The notes: a model not told the origin generated them from the sequence alone. A DNA stretch of 64,000 nucleotides from an uncultured Methanosarcinales archaeon (GCA_964405295.1 CAYONI010000004.1:20698-84697), one strand, 5' to 3'; shown: positions 25,571-35,762, counted from the first letter of the stretch. A program made the numbers and translations.

Positions 25571-27424
25571 ATGCAAATTCTCAAAAAGCATTTTCCATAT
25601 AAGGTCATTAGACCTATGCAGGATGACTTAATGAAAGACATCAATGATGCAGTTATTAATGGAACAAATCTTATTGCTCATGCTCCAACAGGGTTAGGTA
25701 AAACTGTTGCAGCCTTATTGCCTGCTATCATAAAAGCAAAAAAAGACAATATGAAAGTTCTTTTTCTAACAAGTAGGAATACTCAACATCTTCTTGCAAT
25801 GAATACTCTAAGAGATATAAAATCTAAATTTGATAATGTTAGTGTTGATTTGGTTGGAAGAAAGCACTTATGTTTGCAGAGTGTTCCTAATTTTTCTGCA
25901 GGAGATTTGGCAGAGTATTGTAAGTTATTAAAAAAAGAGGATCGTTGTCCTTATTACACTAACTTCAAAAAGAAATCTGGCAGTATAACTGTTGATGGGG
26001 AATTGGTTATTTCAGAATTAAAACCTCTAACTCCAATGCTTTCAGACAGGTTATATGAATTCTCAGAAGCAAGGCAAGTTTGCCCCTATGAAGTTTCATT
26101 AGAGCTAACAAAAGAGTCAGATGTTATTGTTGCAGATTATCAATTTGTGTTTAATAGCCATATAAGAAAATTATTATTATCTAAAATAAATAAAAATTTA
26201 GGTGAATTAATTGTTGTAATAGATGAAGCACACAATCTTCCTAACAGAATAAAAGACCAAGCTTCTCATTATTTTACATCATTAATGTTAAAGGCTTCAA
26301 TAAGTGAAGCAAAAAAGTTTGAACTAGATGAAATAGTAGATCAGCTTCATGATATGTTATCTATTCTTGAAGAGTTTTCTAAACAAATAAAGTATGGTGA
26401 AACTGAACAGTACATAAAAAAAGAAGATTTTGTTAAAGAGATAAATAAAATAAGAGATTACGAAGAATTATGTGTTTCATTAGAGGTTGCTGCAGAACAA
26501 ATTAGAGAACAAGAGCAGAGGTCTAGAATTGGTGGTGTTGCAAATTTTCTAAATGAATGGAAAGGAAGTGATACTGGATTCACAAGGATATTAACGAAAA
26601 AAGATGATAAGAATATTATTCTTGCATATAAATGTCTTGATCCTAGTTTGGTAAGTAGAGAAGTTGTCAATAATTGTCATTCTTGTATTATGATGTCGGG
26701 AACACTAACCCCAACACACATGTATAAAGAATTAATTGGCTTTAATGAGACAAAAGAAGAAATATTTTCAAGTCCTTTCCCAGAGGAGAATAGAGAATTA
26801 TTGATTGTTCCTAAGACTACAACAAAATTTACTAAGAGAGACGAGAACCAATATAAAGCAATTGCAACTGAACTAAAGAATATTGTTGAAAATGTTCCAG
26901 GAAATGTTGCAATCTTTTTCCCAAGTTACTTTATTTCAGAAAATGTTAGTAAATATTTTTCTATAATGACTTCTAAAACTGTTTTTACAGAAATTTCTCA
27001 ACTAACAACTCAGGAGAGATCAGATATTCTTACTAATTTTAAGAAATACAAAAAAACTGGTGCAGTTTTGCTTGGTGTTCTCGGTGGAAGTTTTAGTGAG
27101 GGTATTGACTTACCTGGGGAAAATCTTAAGGCAGTGGTTGTAGTAGGGCTCCCATTGCAAAAACCTGACATGGAAACCAAAGCTCTAATAGATTATTTTG
27201 ATTTAAAGTTCAAGAAAGGCTGGGACTATGGTTATTTATTTCCTGCATTCAACAAAACTCTTCAAGGTGCAGGCCGTTGTATTAGAAGTGAAACAGATAA
27301 AGGTGCAATTATATTTCTAGACGAAAGGTATATTTGGAGTAATTACCGTAGATGTTTTCCTTCAACATGGAAACTGAAAGTTTCTGTTAAACCAGAACGA
27401 GAGTTGCAAGCATTTTTTAGTTAA
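25571..27424 (+). CDS. xpd: XPD/Rad3-family (DinG-like) Fe-S DNA helicase
   Basis: Motifs seen are AHAPTGLGKT (Walker A), VIDEAHNL and four Cys in the FeS-domain region (HLCLQ, YCKLL, RCPYY, VCPYE). The C-terminus has GRCIRSETDKGAIIFLDERY. The start is trimmed to ATG 25571, which has a TATA box about 22 nt upstream. Confidence 0.85.
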   Translation: MQILKKHFPYKVIRPMQDDLMKDINDAVINGTNLIAHAPTGLGKTVAALLPAIIKAKKDNMKVLFLTSRNTQHLLAMNTLRDIKSKFDNVSVDLVGRKHLCLQSVPNFSAGDLAEYCKLLKKEDRCPYYTNFKKKSGSITVDGELVISELKPLTPMLSDRLYEFSEARQVCPYEVSLELTKESDVIVADYQFVFNSHIRKLLLSKINKNLGELIVVIDEAHNLPNRIKDQASHYFTSLMLKASISEAKKFELDEIVDQLHDMLSILEEFSKQIKYGETEQYIKKEDFVKEINKIRDYEELCVSLEVAAEQIREQEQRSRIGGVANFLNEWKGSDTGFTRILTKKDDKNIILAYKCLDPSLVSREVVNNCHSCIMMSGTLTPTHMYKELIGFNETKEEIFSSPFPEENRELLIVPKTTTKFTKRDENQYKAIATELKNIVENVPGNVAIFFPSYFISENVSKYFSIMTSKTVFTEISQLTTQERSDILTNFKKYKKTGAVLLGVLGGSFSEGIDLPGENLKAVVVVGLPLQKPDMETKALIDYFDLKFKKGWDYGYLFPAFNKTLQGAGRCIRSETDKGAIIFLDERYIWSNYRRCFPSTWKLKVSVKPERELQAFFS

Positions 27425-28208
27425 ACATTTCTTCTTCGACAAAGTGCAACTTGCCTGGAATAATTAGGGAATGTAGTGGTGCACCAAAATCTTCTTTAAG
27501 AAGTTCTGAAGCTTTACCTGATTTTATTTTCTGATCGTTTCTACCAATTCTTGCAACACCAATACAGAACGTGTCCTTAGTAAAAGCATTTTCTTTTCTT
27601 TTCTTTTCAATTTTTAGTAGAATTTCAATAGCTTGATTAACTGTCATGAATCTAGATTCTTGAGGTTTGTTTTTATCTTTAAGAATATCTTTACGAGAAG
27701 GTTCTGCAGTTTTAATATCTAATAAACAAAGTGTGTGCAATCCCTGAGATTGATTTTGTTTAATTACATCATAAGGGGTTTCTGGTAACCAATTATTGTC
27801 TGCAAAAACAATACTTGTTGTTTTACCATACTTGTATAATTCTAATCCAACAACCCCAATTGCATTTAAAATTGATGTGTTGTTAATAACTTTAATTTGA
27901 ATATTTCTTTTTTTAGCTCTTAGAAAAATGTCAGTGTGTGTAGTTGCACCAAACACATCTCCCACAACGAGAAATGCAACATCTTCCTTTTCTGCTCTAT
28001 CAAGAATTTCTTCTGCATTTTTTTCAACCAAGTCCCTAGATGCAAGAATTACTTCTTTACCATAGAATGTTTCTAGTTCTTGTTTTGTAGATTGCAAAAT
28101 AGAGGTATAGTTTTCTAAATATACATACTTGCATTTTCTTACTACATTCAGACCTTTAACAGTAATATCTTCTGCATCATTAAGGCCAATACCAATCATA
28201 TATAACAT
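27417..28208 (-). CDS. dph5: Diphthine synthase
   Basis: MLYMIGIGLNDAEDITVKGL...YLENYTS and LVVGDVFGATTHTD are typical Dph5 tetrapyrrole-methylase-fold motifs. Confidence 0.9.
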   Translation of the reverse strand: MLYMIGIGLNDAEDITVKGLNVVRKCKYVYLENYTSILQSTKQELETFYGKEVILASRDLVEKNAEEILDRAEKEDVAFLVVGDVFGATTHTDIFLRAKKRNIQIKVINNTSILNAIGVVGLELYKYGKTTSIVFADNNWLPETPYDVIKQNQSQGLHTLCLLDIKTAEPSRKDILKDKNKPQESRFMTVNQAIEILLKIEKKRKENAFTKDTFCIGVARIGRNDQKIKSGKASELLKEDFGAPLHSLIIPGKLHFVEEEMFN

Positions 28209-28242
28209 AAGTTTTAAGAACTATTAGGGATTTATAAGATTT

Positions 28243-29322
28243 ATGATAAAAACTCATGAAGGAAAAGCTGTTATCTACACAGATTCAGGGCATAAAGACA
28301 AGATATCTAAGCAGTTAGAAGTATTCTATAATCCTGTTATGAAAACAAACAGAGATTTAACTATTCTATTCATGAAAAGTTTCTACAAACTAAATAAAAA
28401 GAAATTAGTTGTTGGATTACCTCTTGCAGGTTCAGGTATTAGAGGAATAAGGTTTGTATTAGAAGCAAAAGAGTGCATAAAAAATATTGAAATGAATGAT
28501 TATGATAAAATCGCAGTAAAAAACATAAAAAAGAATCTTAAATTAAACAAGATTAAGATTAAAACGTTTAACAAAGATGCAAACTTATTTTTATTAGAAA
28601 ATAAAGGCTATGATTTTATAGATTTAGATCCGTTTGGTTCACCAAATCAATTTCTAGAGAACTCCATAAGAAGATTATCAAGAGGAGGAATTCTGTGTGT
28701 AACTGCAACTGATACTGCTGCACTCACAGGAACTTATCCTAGTACAACAAAGTGGAAGTATTGGGCAAAGTCTTTTCTTAATCCAGAAAAGCACGAATTA
28801 GCACTAAGAATTTTAATCAGAAAAGTTCAGTTGGTTGGTTCTCAATATGAAAGAGCATTAACTCCGGTGTTTAGTTATGCAAAAGATCATTATTACAGAG
28901 TTTTATTTGTTTGCAAGAAGTCTAAAACAGAAGCTGTAAAAATTGTTAATAATCATAAAATGTATATTCCTAATTTTTCTAAACAAGAAGTTGGTCCTTT
29001 ATGGGTTGGGCAATTGCAGGATAAAAAGATTTTGAAAGAAATGATTAAAGCTTCAAATGAAAGCAAACATTTTCTAAATTTATTACTAGAGGAAGAAAAA
29101 GTAAATACTGTTGGCTTCATAGATGTGCATGAATTTATGAAGAAAAAGAAGAAGCAAGGCTTAAAACATGAACTGATAATACAAAAACTAAAAGTTAAAG
29201 GTTTCAAAGCTTCAAGAACACATTTTTCTTATAAAGGTATTAAGACTAATTGTGATGTAAAAATGCTCAATAATAAATTATTGGCACGGATAAAACCGAA
29301 ATTAAAGAATATAATAAAGTAA
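28243..29322 (+). CDS. trm1: tRNA (guanine26-N2)-dimethyltransferase Trm1
   Basis: Motifs seen are FYNPVMKTNRDLTI and IDLDPFGSPNQFLE. Confidence 0.85.
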   Translation: MIKTHEGKAVIYTDSGHKDKISKQLEVFYNPVMKTNRDLTILFMKSFYKLNKKKLVVGLPLAGSGIRGIRFVLEAKECIKNIEMNDYDKIAVKNIKKNLKLNKIKIKTFNKDANLFLLENKGYDFIDLDPFGSPNQFLENSIRRLSRGGILCVTATDTAALTGTYPSTTKWKYWAKSFLNPEKHELALRILIRKVQLVGSQYERALTPVFSYAKDHYYRVLFVCKKSKTEAVKIVNNHKMYIPNFSKQEVGPLWVGQLQDKKILKEMIKASNESKHFLNLLLEEEKVNTVGFIDVHEFMKKKKKQGLKHELIIQKLKVKGFKASRTHFSYKGIKTNCDVKMLNNKLLARIKPKLKNIIK

Positions 29323-29323
29323 A

Positions 29324-29605
29324 CTAACCCATTGCAAGATCAATGCTTGCAACTTCTGCATTAGAAACATCTTCAATTTCAGCCATTTTGTCTGCAATTG
29401 GGTCTGAAGCAAAATCATCAGTCATTTCATACATCCCAATAACTGTTATTTCTTTCAATCCGAATGCTAATGGTTTAATTTCGTGTGCAACATTACCTTT
29501 TGCACCAGTCTCTGTTGCGATTACTTTAGCTTTCTCAACTATTACTTCACAATCTACTTCTGGTGATTTGGGCATTATTTTAAACGTAACTATTGCGTTT
29601 GCCAT
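29324..29605 (-). CDS. ef1b: Translation elongation factor aEF-1 beta
   Basis: 93 aa. MANAIVTFKIMPKSPEVD...LAFGLKEI matches the aEF-1beta pattern. Confidence 0.85.
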   Translation of the reverse strand: MANAIVTFKIMPKSPEVDCEVIVEKAKVIATETGAKGNVAHEIKPLAFGLKEITVIGMYEMTDDFASDPIADKMAEIEDVSNAEVASIDLAMG

Positions 29606-29631
29606 TTTATTTTAACCTCTTTAATTTAGAA

Positions 29632-29805
29632 CTAGTTTGGTCCTTCAAATCCACAGTTTGGACAAATATATTTTGAGACTATTTCTCTGCAATTCTTGCA
29701 TCTAATAATTTCTGCTTTGCCACAACTAGGACATAGAAATTTTACTGATCCAACCACGTTTGTTAGTGGTTTTTCACATGATATACACTTAATTTCTTCA
29801 ACCAT
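29632..29805 (-). CDS. Zn-ribbon protein of the type encoded upstream of aEF-1beta in archaea (COG2888-like); absent from the ORF track
   Basis: My translation is MVEEIKCISCEKPLTNVVGSVKFLCPSCGKAEIIRCKNCREIVSKYICPNCGFEGPN*, which contains four CxxC pairs. A palindromic TATA box lies 26 nt upstream. AGAGGT precedes the downstream ef1b gene. Confidence 0.75.
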   Translation of the reverse strand: MVEEIKCISCEKPLTNVVGSVKFLCPSCGKAEIIRCKNCREIVSKYICPNCGFEGPN

Positions 29806-29829
29806 TTTATAGTTTAGGATAAAGATTTT

Positions 29830-29839
29830 CTTTATAAAG
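29830..29839 (-). promoter_or_regulatory. Palindromic TATA box (ctttataaag) for the Zn-ribbon/ef1b operon
   Basis: It lies about 26 nt upstream of ATG 29805, in an 81-nt divergent intergenic region. Confidence 0.5.
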
Positions 29840-29856
29840 TTTTTGTATGAAAAACC

Positions 29857-29866
29857 TTTATAAATA
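29857..29866 (+). promoter_or_regulatory. TATA box (tttataaata) for the 29887 gene
   Basis: It lies 21 nt upstream of ATG 29887. Confidence 0.5.
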
Positions 29867-29886
29867 AGTGTTATTGATATTGTCTT

Positions 29887-30525
29887 ATGAAAAAAACGAC
29901 AATCGCAATTATTACATTAATTATTATATCTTTTATTATTGCAATATATGTGTATCCTATTTTTCCAGAAGAAGTTGCAAGTCATTGGAATTCCAAAGGA
30001 GAAGTTAATGGTTATATGCCAAAGTTTTGGGGAATATTTTTGATGCCTCTTATGTCACTTTTTATGTTTGGGTTATTTTTATTCTTACCAAAGCTTGATC
30101 CACTAAAAAAGAATGTTAAGAAATTCAAAGGATTTTATAATGAATTTATTTTGTTTATGATTGTGTTCTTTTTCTATGTTTTTATATTAACAATATTATA
30201 TAATTTAGAAATAATTTTTAACATGACTTATGCAATTCTTCCTGCAATCGCAATTTTATTTTATTTTATTGGGGTTCTACTAGAAAAAAGCAAAAGAAAT
30301 TGGTTTATTGGAATAAAAACTCCTTGGACTTTATCATCAGATTATGTTTGGGATAAAACACATAAATTAGGGTCTAGATTATTCAAAATAATTGCTGCGC
30401 TTGTATTAATAGGTTTATTTTATCCAGATCAAGGGATTGTCTTGTTTATTATTCCTTTGATTGCAATGGTAATTTGGTTATACGTTTATTCTTATGTTGT
30501 TTATAAAAAAGAGAAATCTAAATAA
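29887..30525 (+). CDS. SdpI/DUF1648-like polytopic membrane protein
   Basis: HWNSKGEVNGYMPKFWG follows the first TM helix. There are about 6 TM helices. The family call rests on pattern recognition only. Confidence 0.5.
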   Translation: MKKTTIAIITLIIISFIIAIYVYPIFPEEVASHWNSKGEVNGYMPKFWGIFLMPLMSLFMFGLFLFLPKLDPLKKNVKKFKGFYNEFILFMIVFFFYVFILTILYNLEIIFNMTYAILPAIAILFYFIGVLLEKSKRNWFIGIKTPWTLSSDYVWDKTHKLGSRLFKIIAALVLIGLFYPDQGIVLFIIPLIAMVIWLYVYSYVVYKKEKSK

Positions 30526-30552
30526 TAGGGTTATTGGAATTACAGAACAGAA

Positions 30553-31188
30553 ATGAAAAAAAGAAAACATAGATTAAGATTTTTGTTAATTCTAATAATT
30601 GTGATATTTATTTGGCAATTGATAGTTTCTGTAAGTCAATTTGATGAAGTTTTTTCTGATTTGTTATCCAACCAAGTAGAGGAAGCAGAACTTGTCTGCT
30701 ATGGTGATAATAAAACTTGTCAGATAGAGAAAGAGTTGAATAAGTTTACTAACTTGAAAAGACAAGAAAATAACTTATCAAACCTAATTTTGGATTCTGA
30801 ACTTTCAAATATTGCCAGAGATCATAGTGAGGACATGATTTCTCGGAACTTTACAGCTCATTTGAATCCTGATGGTTTAGATTCAACTGCAAGAGGAGAA
30901 TTGAATAATTATAAATGTGTTAAAGTTCATGGTCTTAAAATGGAGACCGGGATTGCAGAAAATATTTATGAAACAACTATGTTTGAGAAAGGAGTAATTC
31001 TTGGTGATGGCGAAAATTCTTTTTTCACTTGGTATGGAATGGATGACATCGCAACTAAAGCAGTTGATGGTTGGATGAGTAGTGATGGTCACAGAGAGAA
31101 TTTGCTGAATGCAGGTTACACAAGCCAAGGTCTTGGTGTTGCAATCTCTGAAGATGATCGAGTTCTAATTACAGAAGTGTTTTGTTAA
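30553..31188 (+). CDS. Secreted or anchored CAP/SCP (YkwD-like) domain protein
   Basis: It has an N-terminal anchor. Motifs seen are ARDHSEDMISRNFTAHLNPDG, GENI and WMSSDGHRENLLNAGYTSQGLGVA. Confidence 0.75.
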   Translation: MKKRKHRLRFLLILIIVIFIWQLIVSVSQFDEVFSDLLSNQVEEAELVCYGDNKTCQIEKELNKFTNLKRQENNLSNLILDSELSNIARDHSEDMISRNFTAHLNPDGLDSTARGELNNYKCVKVHGLKMETGIAENIYETTMFEKGVILGDGENSFFTWYGMDDIATKAVDGWMSSDGHRENLLNAGYTSQGLGVAISEDDRVLITEVFC

Positions 31189-31628
31189 TTGATAAGTATT
31201 TTGTTTAGTTTCTTTAATGATTCTTTATTGGAATCCCATTTTAAGAGTTCTAAAGCTTCATCAAAAGAGCACCATTTAAATTCAGAATGTTCTTTGCAAT
31301 CATTATTAGAAATATTTATCTCAGTTGTTTCATGAATCTCAATACCAAAGACATATTCACTTAACCATGTTCCTTTAGACTTTTTATAAGCGCAATCATC
31401 AAATTGGCAGAAATCAACATTATTAATTCTTCTTTTAATATTAGTTACTCCTATCTCTTCTTTGATTTCTCTATTTACTGTTTCCTCTAGTGATTCACCA
31501 TTTTCAAGTCCACCTGTAAGTGATTGCCAGAATCCTCCTTTAGATGGAACTCTTTTTAGTAATAAGAATTCAAAATAGTTATTTATTTTCCTGAAGATAA
31601 TACATTGAACTTGTATTGGTAACCTCAT
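31185..31628 (-). CDS. NUDIX hydrolase
   Basis: The Nudix box reads GGLENGESLEETVNREIKEEIGV. The start is trimmed to ATG 31628, 1 nt after the proS stop. Confidence 0.8.
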   Translation of the reverse strand: MRLPIQVQCIIFRKINNYFEFLLLKRVPSKGGFWQSLTGGLENGESLEETVNREIKEEIGVTNIKRRINNVDFCQFDDCAYKKSKGTWLSEYVFGIEIHETTEINISNNDCKEHSEFKWCSFDEALELLKWDSNKESLKKLNKILIN

Positions 31629-31629
31629 T

Positions 31630-33102
31630 TTAATAACTCTTTGCAAGATAAACTGTTCTAGTTGCAGGTTTCCCGCAGACAATGCATTTGTCAAACTTTT
31701 TAGTTTCTCCTTTTACACGAGAACCTCTAACAAAACTGTTAGTTTCTTTCTCAATTTTTTCTGCACAAGGAAATGCATCTTTATCTATAGAACAAAAGCC
31801 ACATCTAACAATTTTGCCTGCATCAATAATATTTTTGGCCTGATCAATAGTTTCAGCGTCTTGAATGTTTTCTTCAAATTTAACACTATGTAATTCTTTT
31901 AATTTTTTTGTGAAGTTAACAGCCATCTCATCAATTGATTCCTTTAATGAATCCATTGAAATAAACTCTTTCTTTCCTGTCAACCTATTAACTATAACCA
32001 CTTGATTTTTCTCAATATCTCTAGGTCCAATTTCAATTCTTATTGGAACTCCTTTAAGTTCCCACTCTGAATATTTCTCCCCATTGCTTACATAGTCTCT
32101 GTCATCTATCTTTATTGAATATTTCTTTAGTTGTTTCTTTATTTCTGTAGCCTTCTTAAGAACAACTTCTTCTTTTCCTTTAAAGATAATTGGAGTAATA
32201 ACAATTTGTAAAGGTGCTAATTCAAAAGGTAGAACTAATCCTTTATCGTCACCAAGAAGTGCGATCATTGCACCATAAATTCTACTTATTGCAGGGCCAT
32301 AACAAGTTATATACCCTAGTTTTTCTTTTCCATCTTCAGCTGTAAATTTTACATTAAATGCTTCTGAAAAATTAGTTCCAATTAAATGAGTTGAGGGTAA
32401 TTGTAGAACTTTACCTGTTCCCATAAGAGCATCTGCTGCAAAGGTTTTATCTGCACCTGGAAATTTATCCCATTGTGGTCTCTCAAAAAAGATAGTTGGG
32501 ACAGCAAAGTTATCTCCTAAGGCTTCATAGGTAGTTTCCATGTCTTCAACAGTTTGAGCTTCAGCATCTTCTAGGTTTTTGAAAACATTGTGTGCTTCAA
32601 TCCAATGGAACTCTCTTCCTCTGAAGAAAGGTTTAGTTGCTTTGGTTGCTTCTGCTCTCCAAACTTGACATGATTGATATCTTTTGAAAGGAAGATCTCT
32701 GTAACTTCTAACCCAGTAAGAATACATTTGGTAGAGTGCAGTTTCACTAGTTGGTCTTAGTGCTAGCTTTTCTTCCATCTTAGTATTTCCATAGTGTGTA
32801 ACCCAGAAAACATCTGGCGCAAAACCTTCAACATGATCTGCTTCAATCTTGAAATTCTTTTCAGGAATTAAAGAAGGCATGGTTAGTGGAAGATGTCCTT
32901 TTCTTTCAAGAATATCTTCAAATATCTTATACATTTTTTTGATTGTGATAGTTGACCAAGGTTGATAGCAAACAAATCCTTTAACATTATACCTCATATC
33001 TGCTAACTCTGCTTTTTGAACCAGTTGATTGTACCATTCATTGAAATCTTCTGATTTCTTAACAGTTATACCTTTTCCCTTGTTTTCTGCATCTTTTACC
33101 AT
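31630..33102 (-). CDS. proS: Proline--tRNA ligase (archaeal/eukaryotic type)
   Basis: FNEWYNQLVQKAELADMRYNVKGFVCYQPW, class II motifs and a C-terminal Zn-binding region with Cys residues. A TATA box lies about 25 nt upstream. Confidence 0.9.
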   Translation of the reverse strand: MVKDAENKGKGITVKKSEDFNEWYNQLVQKAELADMRYNVKGFVCYQPWSTITIKKMYKIFEDILERKGHLPLTMPSLIPEKNFKIEADHVEGFAPDVFWVTHYGNTKMEEKLALRPTSETALYQMYSYWVRSYRDLPFKRYQSCQVWRAEATKATKPFFRGREFHWIEAHNVFKNLEDAEAQTVEDMETTYEALGDNFAVPTIFFERPQWDKFPGADKTFAADALMGTGKVLQLPSTHLIGTNFSEAFNVKFTAEDGKEKLGYITCYGPAISRIYGAMIALLGDDKGLVLPFELAPLQIVITPIIFKGKEEVVLKKATEIKKQLKKYSIKIDDRDYVSNGEKYSEWELKGVPIRIEIGPRDIEKNQVVIVNRLTGKKEFISMDSLKESIDEMAVNFTKKLKELHSVKFEENIQDAETIDQAKNIIDAGKIVRCGFCSIDKDAFPCAEKIEKETNSFVRGSRVKGETKKFDKCIVCGKPATRTVYLAKSY

Positions 33103-33191
33103 CTTACATACTAGATATCATATTATTTTTATAAAGCTTTTGTGTTAATTAAAGTAACTTTTATATATACCTTTAACTATTCTGGCAAATT

Positions 33192-33566
33192 ATGTCAAAT
33201 ATGAATGAATTAAAATTGTTAGGTAAGTTATATAGTTATAATGTAGGGATGTTTATTGGAAATTCTATTAAAGTTGTTGATGATTTTGCTGATAAATACT
33301 CTTTTAAATATCCTAGTCAAGAAATGAACATAGATTATTTTAGGATTAATAAATTAATAAAACTTAATGTCTTTGATTTGAAAATGCAAGATTTAACTGA
33401 TAGTTGTCATCCTGCATTCGGGATTATTATAAATATAGTATCTTCACTTATTCGTGAGCGAGAATTGGTCCCAGAGCATACAGGCCCTTATTGTAGTATA
33501 GGTGAAAATGAGATTGTACAATATACTACCATTGATGATTTTATTAGGCTTTTTGAAACAGTTTAA
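33192..33566 (+). CDS. Hypothetical protein
   Basis: 124 aa. The TATA-like ttttatatata lies about 23 nt upstream. Confidence 0.45.
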   Translation: MSNMNELKLLGKLYSYNVGMFIGNSIKVVDDFADKYSFKYPSQEMNIDYFRINKLIKLNVFDLKMQDLTDSCHPAFGIIINIVSSLIRERELVPEHTGPYCSIGENEIVQYTTIDDFIRLFETV

Positions 33567-33668
33567 GATTTAGTTCCTGCACTTTTTGCATGTTTTCAAT
33601 TGTGGTATTTCTTATTGTAATTTTTATTCTAAGTAAGATAAATCAATTAAAATATATAAAGCTTATTC

Positions 33669-35264
33669 TTACATCATACTCTCATGATCCTGCATAGAAG
33701 GCTTCTTTCCAGATGCAATAACATCATCTATCCGCAGAATCATTATTGCAACTTCTGATGCAGAACTTATTGCTTGCAGCTTGATACTTAGTGGTTCTAT
33801 AACCCCTTTTTTCTTGGCATTCATTGTTTTTCCAGAAAAAACATTTATTCCTGCATCTTTTTCTTTTGCTTGATGAGCAGATCTAAGCTCTGCAAGAACG
33901 TCTATTGGGTCAAGACCTGCATTCTCTGCAAGTGTTCTTGGAATTATTTCAAAACTCTCTGCAAAACTTTGCACTGCAATTTGTTCTCTACCTTTTCTAG
34001 TAGACGCATAAACACGCAATAATCTTGATAGTTCCATTTCAATTGCACCTGCACCTGTAACCACTTTACTATTTTTGAGTGCAGAGATTATGTCTCCTAT
34101 TGCATCTTCCAGTGCTCTTTTTATTTCATCAATAATATGTTCTGAACCACCACGAATTAGAATGGTTGCAACTTTTGAACTCTTTGCTCCTGTTATATAT
34201 ATCATTCCTTCATCATTAACTGTCACTTCTTGCACATTATTTGCATTACCAAGTGAATCTTTATTTATATCTGAAAGTTTTGTTATTACTTTTGCACCTG
34301 TTGCCCTTGCAATGCTTTCCATGTCTGACTTTTTTAATCTTCTTGCAGCCATAATTCCTTTTTTAGCTAAGAAGTATTGAACCAGATCATCTATTCCTCT
34401 TTGACACAAAACAACATTTGCACCTGTTGAATAAATTTTATCGACCATGTCTCTTAATTGTTTTTCTTCCATGTCTAGGAATGATTGCATTTTGTTTGCA
34501 TCATTTATTGAGATTTTTGCATCAACTTCTGTATTTTTTATTTCAAGAGCAGAATCTATTAATGCGATTTTCGCATTCTTAATATTTTTAGGCATGTTTC
34601 CATGACAAACTTCTTTGTCTATAACTATTCCATTAATTAGTTGAGAATCCTCTATGCTTGCACCAGTTCTTTTTTCTAGTCTTATATTTTCTTTTAGTAT
34701 CTTTGCTTTGTTGCCGTGATTTTCATCAACTGCTTTTATTGCTTTTTGCACTAGATCTGCAAGTATTTCTTTTGCACCTTCTGCACCCTTGCCTGTCATT
34801 GCAGTTATTGCAATATTTTTAATATCTTTATCTTCTATATTATCTGCTAATTTGTTTAGAATCTCAATAGATTTTTCTGCAGCTAATTTGTATCCTTTTG
34901 TAATAACAGTTGGATGAATTTTATCATCTAATAACTTCTCTGCTTTTGTTAATAATTCACCTGCAAGTATTACTGCAGTTGTTGTACCATCACCAATTTC
35001 TTGTTCTTGAGTTTTAGCAATCTCAACAATCATACTTGCAGTTGGATGTTCAATTTCCATTTCACTAAGAATTGTTACACCATCATTTGTAACAGTGATA
35101 TCTCCAACAGAATCAACAAGCATTTTATCCATTCCTTTTGGCCCAAGTGTTGTTCTAACTATTTCTGCAACAAGTTTTGCAGCAAGAATATTTGTTCTTT
35201 GAGCATCTCTACCAGCTGTTCTGTTTGAATCTGATGGCATTATATGATTAGTATTGTTTGACAT
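33669..35264 (-). CDS. ths: Thermosome subunit (group II chaperonin)
   Basis: Motifs seen are [20 protein letters not shown] and GDGTTTAV. The start is trimmed to ATG 35264, with TAGGAGGG upstream. Confidence 0.95.
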   Translation of the reverse strand: MSNNTNHIMPSDSNRTAGRDAQRTNILAAKLVAEIVRTTLGPKGMDKMLVDSVGDITVTNDGVTILSEMEIEHPTASMIVEIAKTQEQEIGDGTTTAVILAGELLTKAEKLLDDKIHPTVITKGYKLAAEKSIEILNKLADNIEDKDIKNIAITAMTGKGAEGAKEILADLVQKAIKAVDENHGNKAKILKENIRLEKRTGASIEDSQLINGIVIDKEVCHGNMPKNIKNAKIALIDSALEIKNTEVDAKISINDANKMQSFLDMEEKQLRDMVDKIYSTGANVVLCQRGIDDLVQYFLAKKGIMAARRLKKSDMESIARATGAKVITKLSDINKDSLGNANNVQEVTVNDEGMIYITGAKSSKVATILIRGGSEHIIDEIKRALEDAIGDIISALKNSKVVTGAGAIEMELSRLLRVYASTRKGREQIAVQSFAESFEIIPRTLAENAGLDPIDVLAELRSAHQAKEKDAGINVFSGKTMNAKKKGVIEPLSIKLQAISSASEVAIMILRIDDVIASGKKPSMQDHESMM

Positions 35265-35360
35265 GTTTAAAACCCTCCTATATATCAGAATCTTCACAAA
35301 TTTATATACTTTGCTATTGACTATTTAAATACTTTATAAGAAAGTTATGATTTAAAAAAC

Positions 35361-35762
35361 TCATTTTTCACTAAATAAGGATAGAATTCCCGCCTTCAAA
35401 TTATCCGGATCAGAGATTTTGTTATGGATATATGGATTTATTAACACTCGTTTATTTATTCTAACATCTATAAATATTAATATCAGGTTTTCAATGAGAA
35501 ATTTCTTCCAATTCTTTATTAAAAAACTAATATTTGTTTGTGAATATGAACAAACAATAAATCTTTTTTTGTATTTTTTTATATCTGAAAGTTTTTCAAA
35601 TAGTTCATCTTCAAAAACGGCACTTATGAATGCAACATCCTTTCTATCTTTATAGTTTAGAATAAGTCTATCTTTTTCTTTGTTTATTTTATTAAGTTTT
35701 TTTTCAAAGATGTCTCTGTGTTTAAAATAATCCTTTGCCCAATCAAATAAATTTTCTACCAT
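35361..35762 (-). CDS. Hypothetical protein
   Basis: 133 aa, located 1 nt downstream of the preceding gene. Confidence 0.4.
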   Translation of the reverse strand: MVENLFDWAKDYFKHRDIFEKKLNKINKEKDRLILNYKDRKDVAFISAVFEDELFEKLSDIKKYKKRFIVCSYSQTNISFLIKNWKKFLIENLILIFIDVRINKRVLINPYIHNKISDPDNLKAGILSLFSEK

